A model generated the notes under the pieces. It saw only the letters and a list, made by a program, of their open reading frames with translations. It did no database searches and was not told the origin of the DNA. Source: Hyphochytrium catenoides (taxonomy: Eukaryota; Protista; Hyphochytriomycota). From it: 44,480 nt of DNA. The stretch lies in contig FLMG01000670.1 in the NCBI GenBank assembly GCA_900088475.1, positions 1 through 44,480 of the forward strand, read 5' to 3'. The translations under genes and the position numbers were made by a program. Positions 1-11,800 of the stretch are shown piece after piece. The stretch's first letter is position 1. Each line of letters opens with the position of its first letter.

Positions 1-2297
1 CTGGTCGGGTCTCCAAATGGTCCTGGAAATATTCCACGGCCTAACACCTGGAAGGAAGCCAAAACAGAACGAAGTGCCTTCATGAATCGATAGAGCATAC
101 CAAATTAGGGGGCTATGCAAGGTTTCAGCTTGATTCCAAGTTAAAGAGTATTGACAAAACTATCACAGGTGGAAGGAAAGTACAAACTCTCTCTAGACCA
201 GATCAGCCTGTACTTGTATATTCAGGTACAGTGGAACAGAGCCACTACAGGTACCAAATGAGTACAAGTAAGGGGGTACTTGTAGTACTTATGTACTTGA
301 AGTTGAAGGTCTGGGGCCAGATGGGCAAACAGTTAGATGTTGAGGAGGGAAGATGCCTGCCGAAGAAGACTCTCAAGATCATCAGCGCAGGGAGAGAAGA
401 ACAGCCTTCTGATAGAACTAATTCCACCTCTGTGAGGACTGGCTTGTGGTTTTCCTACATAATAATAATATCTCTCTATCTCCAGCAGGCAAGAGTTGTC
501 TGTAGAGACTGTTCTACTACCGTGTCACAGGGCTCGATCGATGATTCTTCACTATATTATAGGAAAAACAGGAATACCTGGCTTCAGGTGCCTACTATAC
601 TCAATAAGTATCCTATACTATTATGTCTTCTTGCCCAACCACCAGCTGCCGACTACCAACTATCGTCATGGATGATGATTCAATCCTATGATGATGACTG
701 GCAGACTCCTATTCTGTTCCTCGCTGCGCAACCGGCGTTGGCCTCATAATAAAGAGGAATAGTCGTCGTCCGCCCTACTATCATCGCAATACAATGCAGC
801 AGGTGACTCTAGAAGAAAACTCTCATCGTGGTCGGCCACCCATCTTCTGTCAAACTCCTCGGCGCTACAAATGGCTGCTCTCTTCTGCATTCAGAAGAGC
901 TTGATCTAGGAGTTATATCTGGTCGTAGTCCCTTATCACAGATCGCTGGGTTAGTTATTACTGGTACGCTTCTTGGGGGTTGTTGTTGTTGCGCCTTTCT
1001 TCATAATCATCATCACCTCATTATTCAGGGAGATATCACGAGATACTATGCACTTGTTGAAAAGAAGTGGGTGGGTGGTGGTTATAATAAAGGTTTTTGA
1101 TGGCATGATGACTGCACCCAAAGCGAGGAGAAGAGGGATCGATAGTATTATATCTACAAGTCGTAACATGGATAATATGAAGAACTTGGTGAAGATGAAT
1201 AATATACTAGGAGGAACTACTGGGCGCAATGGTGTGCTTGAGAAGTAGTCTGGCTGTATCCAGGAAGTTGTTGATGGATGTAGCGGGACGGATAGGATGA
1301 TGAACAGGTCTCCTCCCTCTTTCTGTCTGTTTGTTTGTTGCTTGAAAGCATAAATATCGAGTTGTTTCAATTGTGTACGTTGCGCCTCTTCGACTGCTTA
1401 TTAGTGGTGGTCGTCTATTATCCAAGCAAGAAGAAGAAGATGATGGATGATGGTCCCGTGGCCGACAACAAGAGGAGAAAGAAGTCTTTTCTGAATGTAA
1501 TCATCAAATGAGTGGTAAAGGGCTGGATACGCAGTTGACGGAGGCGTGGCTGTGATGAACAGAAAATCAAGACAGCAGTTCTTCTATTATGATCCTGCTC
1601 CCACGCTCATCGCATCGGCGGCAGACAGACGTAATAAAATGTATGGGAAGAGCTTCACTGATGAAGCACTCAAGATCTTGTGACAGAAAGATGTGGGAAA
1701 TAATTCCGCGTTGACCACTCTTACAATAAAGTTTCCAGTTGCTAGAAGCAGGGTCAACTAGATAAAATTCGTTTCCTTCCCGGATGAATAATTTCCATCA
1801 TGGATTGATTGGATCTGTTCTGTGAAGTTGCTTCGTTCTATTGACTATTGACTGGTAGTTTGCACTGCGGTAGTGGTCAATACGTCGGTCGCCTGAAACC
1901 TGCAGCAGCGCTGTGCGCTGTGTCTTGTCCATTCGACCGATACTCAGCACCATCCCAACCCAAAAGCGGCACTCAGAACATTAACTCCCTACCGACATCA
2001 TCTATCGACAATGTTTGCAAGAGTTGCCAGCCGTTCCGTAGCAGCAGGTGAGTGGCATGACATCGCTAGCTAATCATAGAGGTTATTTGCAAGTCAGAGT
2101 GGAGGTAGCTGCTGACAAGTCCTGTGCAAAACTCTTTTCAGTGGCCTCTCTGGGTCGCCGCTCGGCCGTACCCAGGATTTCTGCTGTAGCCGCCTTGTCT
2201 ACGGTCTCACAGGCTGGTGCTCGTAATGTTGCTTCCCGGTAAGTGCGCTCGTCGAAGCACCGTCATCAACATCCACTGGCTACGCGGCGCGGCGTCT

Positions 2298-3289
2298 ATG
2301 CTAAAAATGCTTTGTAGGGTAGCTGGTGCCGCTCTGGCTGCAGCTGGAGGCGCTATTATTGCCTATAGCGCTTCATCTTCCGTCATTGATGCTGCTGAGG
2401 TAAGGACCTGTCGGAAGGGATAATATGCCTTTGTAGTGGGCTGAGTGATCCATCACAATACACTCTAGAAACCCTACTGGGGAGTGCCCGGCACCACTGC
2501 TGAGCGTACTTTTATCGCTGTCAAGCCTGACGGTGTACAGCGCGGCCTGGTAAGAACGCTGTTCTTCTCTTTTGCGGTCTTCTGAAGACTCACAGTCTGG
2601 CCCTCATCTCTCCGACGTTAGGTTAATGAAGTAATCCGCCGTTTTGAGCAGAAAGGCTACAAGCTCGTTGCCATGAAAATGGTCCGCCTTTCGAATGCTG
2701 ATTAGATGGTCAGCTCTAACGTTTGCTTTTCCATACTTTATAATCTTACAGATGACTCCTAGTAAGGAGTTTGCCGAGAAGCATTATGGTGAGTTGTGCC
2801 TCTTATTTTTCTCTCTTCACTGGTGAAGGCTTCCAACTAAATAAAATTTCCTTCGTCGTGCAGCTGATCTTTCCGGACGCCCCTTCTTCAGGGGACTCGT
2901 CAGTTACTTCTCTTCAGGCCCCGTAGTTGCAATGGTAAAGTAGAGCAAATTCTTTGGTGAGGTTTTCGTGACCCACGACGTTGACTGTAAGCTCTCGTAG
3001 GTTTGGGAGGGAACGGACGTCATTCTAACAGGCAGGAAGATCCTGGGTGCAACGAACCCTAACCAAGCTCAGCCTGGGACGCTACGCGGCGACAACTGCA
3101 TTTCCACGGGTAAATCTTCCATCATCGTTATCCACAATGTATTTGCTGACTTTTTGCCCAGGCCGAAATCTTGTTCACGGGAGCGATGGTCCTAAGTCTG
3201 CCGAAGATGAGATTAAACTTTGGTTCAGAGCCGAGGAGGTGCAGGACTACAGCCGTGCTCTAGACAGCTGGATCGTCTCGGACAACTAA
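2298..3289 (+). CDS. NDK: Nucleoside diphosphate kinase with N-terminal mitochondrial-type targeting extension; 7 exons, about 195 aa
   Basis: Phase-consistent GT-AG exons 2298-2399, 2469-2549, 2622-2681, 2752-2788, 2864-2934, 3001-3109, 3162-3289. Translation contains ERTFIAVKPDGVQRGL, GPVVAMVWEG, PGTLRGD and catalytic RNLVHGSD. The N-terminal MLKMLCRVAGAALAAAGGAIIAY looks like a presequence plus hydrophobic segment (localisation is inference). Confidence 0.97.
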
Positions 3290-4408
3290 GGTTAATTATT
3301 AGTCATCATCGTCGAGTGGGGATCGGTGCATAATCCCCAGCCGATGCCCTAGCTTAATGGCAAAATATACTGCTGTTGCGCTACCGAGGTCATATGGAGC
3401 TCTAAGGACTACTGCTGGCGGTCCGCCCTTGAGAAATACCGTCATACCCCAGGACATCTGTTGCAGCCTTCATACGTCATTATTAGTCGTCGCCTTCTGT
3501 TGTCAATGGGGCTGAAGACGGATGCCTCAAAGCGCACGCTAAACTCTTATAGCCGGAATCTGCTACTTTCCTGCCTCTCATCCTCCCCGCATCAGTTTTT
3601 GCTGCACACATTACTACCCTGTGGGCGGCCTTGGGGGAGCTGAACCTCAATTGCAACCTCCCTACCCTCAGCAGTTGACTTCTCTTTCGCGACATTCCGC
3701 TGCAATACTAGCTAGTATACAATCAAAGAAGGCTGGCAAGCTGTAGGAGGTGCCTAGTAGGTCCTCCTGCTCTTGGCACTGCTTTACGTGGCATGGCCTG
3801 TAAGAACGAGACAGTACCCTGCCTGTCATCTTCCTACAAGTAGAAGAAGCTGATCTCGCATGACTGATGAAAAGCACGATGATACAGGACTCACTCACTC
3901 CAAAGAAAAGAGCACTCTCTCTGTATAGACTTGAACAAGTGACTTACTTCCAAGTACAGTTGTAGCAGAATAAGGCCTTTATAATATAACGGGATAGCAT
4001 ACCTAATAAGTACCATATTATTGCAGAAAACTTATGCTAGTTCGGAACTTGTTCAAAGTTTGAACCTGAAACCACGGCGCCAGAGGTGGCGCCTGGCAGC
4101 TGGCCAATGTCGCATCTCCCTGGTCTTTCTCCTCTCATCAATATTATGACAGCTGCTCCTCCATCCTCCGGTAGATCCACATCCAGTCCAGAGCTCGACC
4201 AAGGCCAAGATGACCTTTGGTCTCCTCTAAAAAGATGCAATCGAGCCCGCTGCTGCTGGCCCCTGAGCTCTTGGTAAACTGAGGGTATTTCTCAGGCGCA
4301 ACATGCTTCAGCTCAAGCACATTCTCCCCTGAAGAAGGGTATAAGCTTTTTCTGCGAACTGAACCCTGCACCTGTCCGAGAAGTGCTAGAATCCTTTAAG
4401 TTAACAAG

Positions 4409-5001
4409 ATGTCCCAAGTGGAAGGACCCGAAGATGCAGTTATCTTAGGTAAGTCACTTGGTTATTTCCACGCTTTGCCCCGGTGGCGTCCTAGCTAGGC
4501 AGAGGGCTTAACGTCCATCTTCTTTTTTAAGCGCATATTCAGAAACTTCAACGTAAGAACGAACGAGTTACAATCCAAGGTCTTCGGAAAGACTTTCACA
4601 TTGGTTATAAACGTGCTCTCCGACTCTTTCGAGGTTGTGGCGGCGTAGTAACCGCAATTAGAGCCCCTCCTCGCAAGATCCTACCGCCAGGAGACATTCC
4701 CACCTCAGAGCATGATGATGATACGATTATTAAGTTTCTCATTGATAGCAAAATAAGCGGAACAGACATCAGCGCTAACAGCCTTAGGACACTGTCCCGA
4801 ATAGGCTATAAGCGCGCAACAAGGTTAGTGGCTACCGCTCACGCTATCCATAAAAGCCAAACGAAGAGAGCCAAAAGGAAACAGCAGAGTGAGGCGCAGA
4901 CTGAAGTCAGTACGTGGCCGAGCAAAAGGCAGCTCACTGAGATCCTAGAAGACGGGCAGGAAAGCGTCAAGAGACATCGTGGTTCCTCTCCTCTGCCCTG
5001 A
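4409..5001 (+). CDS. Hypothetical 169-aa protein with two tandem helix-turn-helix repeats (FtsK-gamma-like IGYxRAxRL motif); 2 exons; not in ORF track
   Basis: Exon 1 4409-4448 (ATG...TTAG|GTAAGT), intron 4449-4531 (branch-like CTTAAC, T-tract, AAG), exon 2 4532-5001 (stop-free to TGA). Gap-free 38-aa internal repeat: EDAVILAHIQKLQRKNERVTIQGLRKDFHIGYKRALRL versus DDDTIIKFLIDSKISGTDISANSLRTLSRIGYKRATRL. Confidence 0.75.
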
Positions 5002-5080
5002 CTGGTACACGTTCCCGGAAGGACAAGTACAACCAGAGAGCCCTGGTCATTGTGTTATACTCTACGACGGACAGCAGTTC

Positions 5081-7941
5081 TTACTGCTCCGAGGCGGATT
5101 GGTACTCGTCCTCCTCCAAAGTCTCATTCAGCCCAATAGACTCTCTCCTTCTCTCTTGCTCAAGAGCACGTCGAAATGCCCGCTCCCTCTGCAGCTCTTC
5201 TTCCAGGCTTTTGATCTTCGAGATTGATCTCTGAGAGAAAAGAAGAAGCGAAAGGCCGTCAAAACTTCCTGGCTTCTCTGTTCCCTGTTTTGTCAGTGCT
5301 TCAATCTGGCGAATGGCTTGTACCTGGAGACCTTCAGTCATTTGCAGCGTTAAGGCCTGCACCTTTGCATTCATTTGCTTTTGGAAGTCTGCGGCTTCAG
5401 TTTTACACTTCAGCAACTACAGAGACATATAGAGAGTGAAAGGTCAATGTACTTCTTGTGTCAATGGTCCCTTCTATCGTCTTTTGTCTGTCACCTCTGC
5501 TCTGTGTCGCTCTTGCAGCTGTGAGAGCTCCACTTTGTGAGTCTGCCCTAGCTCTTCGAGCTGCTGCAGCTTGATCTCGGCATGCAAGGCACTTGCACTA
5601 GCCTCGAACTCCTTGTCCTTCAGAGCTTTCCGTACTGATTCTACTTCCTGGGGGTTCGTAAGTTAAACAACGAAGATGAACAAGAAAATGAAGTCAAGGT
5701 GAAGCGAGAAGATAAGTTCTGAGAAAGGAGGAATGCCAAGGTACAGAAGAAGAGAGCAGGACAGTACGCGGGACGATGACAAGAGTACCTGCTTTAGCAT
5801 TTCGTACTCCTTTTTAGGTACATAGTCCCTCTCTAAGGTCTCAGCATCTGCTTGTTGCTCAGCCTCCACATGTTGCTTTAAGAGACTCCGAGAAGCCTCC
5901 AGCTCTCCTTCCAACATCTCGATTGTCGTCTCAGCAGCCTTGGCATTGGCAAAAGACGGTCAATTTCTTTATCGGCACGTGAAGAGGGATTGGTCATGAA
6001 CTTGCAGGACCGGCTGCCCTGCATGTCTATTAGATGGCTTAGACCAGCCACAAGCGATAATCGCCATCCTATCTTGAATGCAAATGGAGTTCAACAACAT
6101 CAAACTTAATCCTACCGAATGCATTATGGATAGCTCTTGCAGAGAGGAGCGCAGAACCTCTACCTCCCGGTTGCCATCACTGAGTCTTTTTATCTCTTCT
6201 TCGATCTGAGATGGAGAGGTGAACTTTTTTTCCAGAAATTTGTGTTGAATCCTCGGAGATAATACATACCCTTTCCTTCTCAGCCGAAGCTCGAGATAAA
6301 TCGTCTCTCATCTCTTGGATGGCGGTGGCGTCCCGGTCACATCTCTCGCGGTAGCTCCCAAGTTCTGCTTCCAGCGCATCTCGCACTTGGAGCGCACTCT
6401 CATAAAGAGCAAACTGCACGAGAGGGTGGTGCCAAGTTTGAAAATAGCCGCTTTCTTTGTTCACCAAGGCAAAGACACCAGAGAATATAGACCAGGGAGG
6501 GCATCCCAAAGTACGTACACTTTGGAAGGGCGATGTGGCAGCATCCATTGTCTCAGGCTTATCTACACTAGTGCGAGGAGGCGTACACACAGTCTGACTT
6601 CCTGCTCCTTCCTTCAGGATACTGTATGCTTCTGTCCCCTCAGCCTGCTTTACTGGGGACGTCTGGACAGTCGTGGAGTGCATGACGAGAGCTCTTTGTC
6701 CTGGAGAGCTCATGTTTGCCTTCATGTCACCGAGAAGTTCAAACTGGTTCTTCCAGAGCTAAAAGGGGACGACGACGTGCAAAAAATTGAGGCTTCTGGT
6801 CATGCCATCGCCGTCCTCTAGGTAGTTCCTACCTCTCTATTCTCCGACATGATAGCCTCCAATCTTTGCAGACAGAGAGCCGATGAGTCTCTGACTGCCT
6901 GAATATCCGAGTGCAACTTTTTGGAAAGACGGTTCTCTTCCCTGATGGCGGTATCAGACGTTATTAGTGTCTCCCTCCACTAAATATACGTTTCGATATC
7001 CTTTGGGTCGCTCGTCTAGTCCCTCAATAATTAAAAAGAGCAACTTCCTATTTCCTCTCCTTTAGATCCTCGTGTTTTTGGTCCAACTCCCTTCCCCCTC
7101 TTACCATTCCGAGGGCGAATCGAGCTCCGCTCTTGCTTCTTTTGACGCCATTTGTGCTTCCAAGAGCTGAATCTTGCACTCCAATTGACTGGTCAGTGCA
7201 TCCTTGCTGAATAACTCTTCCTCCAAAGCACGTTTCGCAGCTTCCATTGCCAGGTAGCGCTAAGAACGAACAATTCATCATGATCCTTCCTTTGGGCCTA
7301 AAGGTCGACAATTCCTCCCTTCATGTCTCTTACCTCCTTCCATTGGCTTTGGCTTGTTAACATGTTATTCTCTGGCCGGGATTCCTTTACAAGCATATCG
7401 GCTCTGTCCGCCTGAGAAGCCTGGAATAGTATGTTAACCTATCACACAGCTGCGAAGAGTTGGGCTACACTCAACCTCTTTGGCTATTGCTAGCTTTGTC
7501 CTGCGAGCATTTCCTAAGCCACTAGTGCGCCTGAGACCCAAAGTGGTTGCGGAGGTGTTGGGTGGCTGGTTCTCGATTCCAACATGAGACCTCTCTGGGG
7601 ACTGCTGTGGGGCCCAGGAACTCCGCTTACTTGTGGTGGCGCTTGTTGCCGTAGATGACCTTCTTTTCTCTGGTTCTCCTACCAATCTTATTGGGCGGTT
7701 GTACTCGGATAGCCTTTTGGCCCCGGTGCTTATGATGCTCTTCTTCCTTGGCACCTGCTTTGAAGATGCCGTGGTTCACAGGTCAGACAGAAGCGAAAGA
7801 AACAGCAAAAACAATTACCTGGAGATGCTGCTTCATCTGTGCCTTGTTCTTCCTCCATTCCTCCAACCTAGCCTGGAGTGTGGCTGCGGCGCTCGCACTG
7901 TCTGAGTCCCTGGTTTCTTGCCCTTCTGCAGCTAGCGTCAT
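5081..7941 (-). CDS. Uncharacterised coiled-coil protein; 12 exons, about 587 aa
   Basis: Phase-consistent exons 7941-7819, 7754-7476, 7411-7334, 7259-7105, 6941-6833, 6758-6519, 6413-6270, 6205-6116, 5938-5789, 5647-5495, 5416-5324, 5230-5081. Begins MTLAAEGQ...LQARLEEWRKNK, then a basic S/T/R/K-rich segment, then E/K/L/Q-rich heptad-like stretches. Confidence 0.8.
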
Positions 7942-8852
7942 TGGTGCGATGAAAATGTTGTCCGTAAAGCCTTGCCGACAAGACCTCTCCGTTACACTGC
8001 TCTCCTAATCTGACCAGGACACTGAGGAGAAAGCTTCAGTGCAGTGCAGTTCCAGCTCTTCTCAAGACTAGCTACCGTCAACAACATCTAAAGCGCAGAC
8101 GGTTTGTGAGTCCTACTTCTAACTCAGGGACCTCCCTGAGAGCTAAAAGAGGAGGAGAGGTCAGACGAGAATGAACAGACAAATCCCGCAGAGGAGGACG
8201 AGAGCAGTCATCAACACGATCTCTTCTGACCTCTTCCTGCATTCCCTGCCAGATCTAAGCCATCATCCATCGTCCTGAATGTATGCTTTCGAGACAGACC
8301 ATCCTTTATCACCTGAATGATGATGATACTTTTTTGAAACTCTAACCGTTGAGGAAGTCGCTAACGGCCTTAATAGAAATAACGGTCAGGGTGGAGGGAA
8401 GAAGTTTTCGAACTGTTCTTGGCGGGAACGAACCAACTGCCAGCTTCCAGCAGCGTTGGGAGGAGGAAGTCGGACAGGATGATGATGGTGGGAGACAGCG
8501 ACAACAGCAACCGCGGCAGGGCAAGGAGAACGCTGCTTGTAGCAGCAGGGCCGCAGAGAGATAGATAGGGTGACAGGCACAAGCCGGCAGAGTATTGTGC
8601 AAGAGTGCGAGGCAGAGCATGATTGAAAGGTTGGCAAACAGGAAGCGAGAAATTGCGTGGAGCGTTGGCGACCCGAGAGCTTTCCCATAAAGGGCGAACC
8701 CTCTCCTTTCCCGTTAAATGCGTCAATGCCGGCCTCCTGTGCAGAAAGGACCTTGTGATGCATAGCCTGGCTAACCACGGCCCCTATCACCCTTGAGGTC
8801 TAATCTCTTCTTCGACTTGGCCATTAACGAGCCCACGCTCCCTTCACCGATA

Positions 8853-11800
8853 ATGGGGGCGCCCGAAGGAACGCAAGAAGGGGTCGGGACTGTCCTGGAA
8901 GAGAACGACGATGAGGACGTCTTCAGTTGCTTGTTGGATATCGCCGAGGACGACAGTTCTCTCTCAAAACAGGCGGAGGCCAAGGTGAAGCCCCATCCTT
9001 TGCCACAACGGGCATCATCCTCTTCCCAGCCTTTCACCTCTCGCGCCAAAACTTCAATCTTACAGCCACAAGGTGACCGTATCTCAGAGGGGATCGATAT
9101 AGAAACCTTTTCCCGTCTGAGGATAACGAAGCGGTGAGTGCGCCTTTTCTTAGTAGTCATGATAGATCAGGATATTGATATTCGTGCCGATCAGCCTGAT
9201 CTCTGCCCAGGAAGTGGACCGTCAGATGACTGGCAGGACATTTTACAGCTTGAGGGCTCTGTCTAGGATAAAGCGCTCTGTCTTGGAAGACCCAGAGGTC
9301 AGCTTTGAAAGTCCATTTTGGAGAGCGTCAGCGCTGTGTTCCTGATTAGCTTCCTCTATCAACATGCTATGACATACTTGGGTGCCTAGACTGAGAAACT
9401 TACGGCATCTCCCCTTCATAGAGTACTCTTACTCATTACTCGACCTGTCTCTACAGCTGGACTGGGTGACCATCGCTGTGCTATCGAGAAAGTCGGACCC
9501 TAAGATATCCTCGCAAGGAGGTAAGCGTAAGAGGCTCTTTATGTGTTACAGCCGGTCACGCTTTCCTAGCCTCTGAAGCTCCAAATTGACATCCTTCTGA
9601 TGCTGACATAACTCTTTGCTGACCTATCACACTTTCTGCATAGGAAAGTACGTGATATGGACCTTGGATGATCTAGACGGCACTTCCATTTCTGTACTGC
9701 TATTTGATGAGGCTTATGAAGGCCACAAAGCAGCGAACTCAGGCTCCATATTTGCTGTTTCAAACCCTAAGGTGCTGGCACCAAAGGGAGAAGGAGGAGG
9801 ATCGAGCTCACTTGCGCTATCTGTCTCGTCGGAGGGCTGCCTCTTCCAGCTTGGTAATAATATTACATGCTTGCAACATCCATCTCTCATTGCGGGGTTG
9901 TTCTTAGACACATTAGACCGTTCCTCCGGATCCAATGTCATTTAACAGCATTCTCTCTCACAACGCCTCTATTTCCTGGACCATCCGTTATGGCTCTTTA
10001 CAAACGTTTCTCTGTCACTTATTTCTATCACTTGCCCTACTTGCAATATGGTTGTGATAGTCTCTGGCTCTCAGCTCGCTCTCCATGTTGTTGGCTTCTA
10101 CTTCGCATTCAGGTACTGCTCCCGATTTTGCGTATTGTCGAGGGATGACAAAGGCTGGCACTAGGTGCCGCAATGTCGTCAATAAGTCAAGGGTCTGTTT
10201 CCGCCTCCACTTTGCTTTTCTCTCTTTTCATTCCTCCAGCTCTCTCGATAGATCACACAATACTCCTTTGACATCTGTCCATTAAGGTCTCTGGCCTCTG
10301 CTGCGCTTGAGATCCATTTCTCTTCCGTAGAAACCTGCTATTACTATTCAATCAGGCACCCCCTTACTTCCTTCTCTGCATCCCTCTCCTCAAGTGTGAG
10401 TTCTGCGACCATCACGTGGCGAAAGAGTTTAAGAAGATGAGGGGGAGGGCGGAGCTAAGCTCAACAGCTCAACGATTCCAATTTAACCGCCCGTTTCACG
10501 CGACAGACCCAGATAAGGCCAAACGTGGGCATCTATCTATGGGAGCTTTTGTCTTTGATCAGAAGTCAAACGTTAACACGCAGCGGCAGGGAGGTAGAGG
10601 TGGGGAATGGGCTCGAGGAGGGGAAGGTGGAGATATTGCGTACATAGATGAGAGCGGACCCCAAGCGGCAGGAATACAGGTTACGGGCAATGCTCCTTCC
10701 TCCAGAAGCAATAGAGGAGCCCTTATCTTTAAGCAGTGCAAACAACTTCAGAGTTCGGGTGTCCTCGCCAACGGCAGGTGGGTATCCTTTGTTCCTTCTT
10801 CTCTCTTGCTCCATGACTGGACATTGGCAGACATCCTAGCAATATGATGGTCCTTTGTGGTTGTGTGACGCCTTCAATCTAGCATGCTGTGCATTCGTTC
10901 CCAAGGTCATTCTCTTCCATCTCTTGGTCCGTGTGCTAAGTCCATTTGAGTGTACTAATCGGCATTTCTACATCAAAGCCTGCGAGGTACGGATCTGGAG
11001 CGCCTGCCAAACCTCGCGGCGGCAGCAAGTGGCTTTGAGCCAATCAAGTTCATGGCTTCAATCGGTCAATTGCAAGGAGGAGAGAAAGAGAAGCAAACTC
11101 TTCGCCCAACCATATCCCTGTCCTCCTTGGCTGCCTCTATGTCTGGCTACCCGACACCTTCATTGCCTGCTTCTTTAGGCACCATCGCAACGTCTGCTTC
11201 ATCCCTCCAAAGCGAAAAAGCTTCGGACAAGGCCAGCCTCCTCAGTACTCGCAAGCGCACGATCCCCCCGACCTCAAAACCTGACCCAAAAGGATCACAC
11301 GAAGAAACAACCTTGCCTCGGTCTGATCCTTTGAAAGCTAGGACAACCTTCTCATCAAGAGCTGGAGCTTTTGGCCCTCCTGTTAGCAATATGAGCTCAC
11401 CTTTTGGACCAGCTTCGCGCCGCAGCGATAGCACATTGGTATCCTCAGCTCTTGATGCTGGCCAAGCCAAATCCAGGGCCAGCGGACTGCCTCAAACTAT
11501 GTCGAGAGAGGCGCATCCGCCGTCAAGACCAATCCTTACCTCTAAGGGTGATGCGCTACTTGAGAAGCTCAATAAGAAGGCAGGCACGACGCCAAGTAGG
11601 ACTATTGGAGTCGGCCCTTCCTTAAATGGCTCCTTAGGGGCTGGAATTCGACAATCCTTGTCCGGAAAGGGTCCCCAACCATGTACCACGACGGCTTCCA
11701 AGCAGTTACCTCATGATCTTCCAACAGTGCTGGGCAATAAGAGAGGAAGGGACCTTCCTCCCACCAGTGCAAGATGCCTATTTACTGCATCTTCCCCATT

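Noticed and set aside
231-1425. ORFs 231-749, 828-1100, 951-1370, 973-1248 and 1207-1425 as real genes
   Set aside because: They overlap on both strands, mostly have non-ATG starts, and show no recognisable motifs.
4360-4456. Minus-strand ACTTACCT resembling the U1 snRNA 5' end
   Set aside because: It is the reverse complement of the plus-strand donor AG|GTAAGT; no convincing U1 loop sequences or Sm site follow.
3936-4460. 12-bp inverted repeat CAAGTGACTTAC (3936-3947) / GTAAGTCACTTG (4449-4460), a possible MITE boundary
   Set aside because: Half of the match is the GTAAGT splice consensus, the match does not extend, and there is no target-site duplication.
8342-8790. Stack of overlapping ORFs between the coiled-coil gene and MCM10
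   Set aside because: Low-complexity translations with no motifs; best read as a divergent promoter and UTR region.
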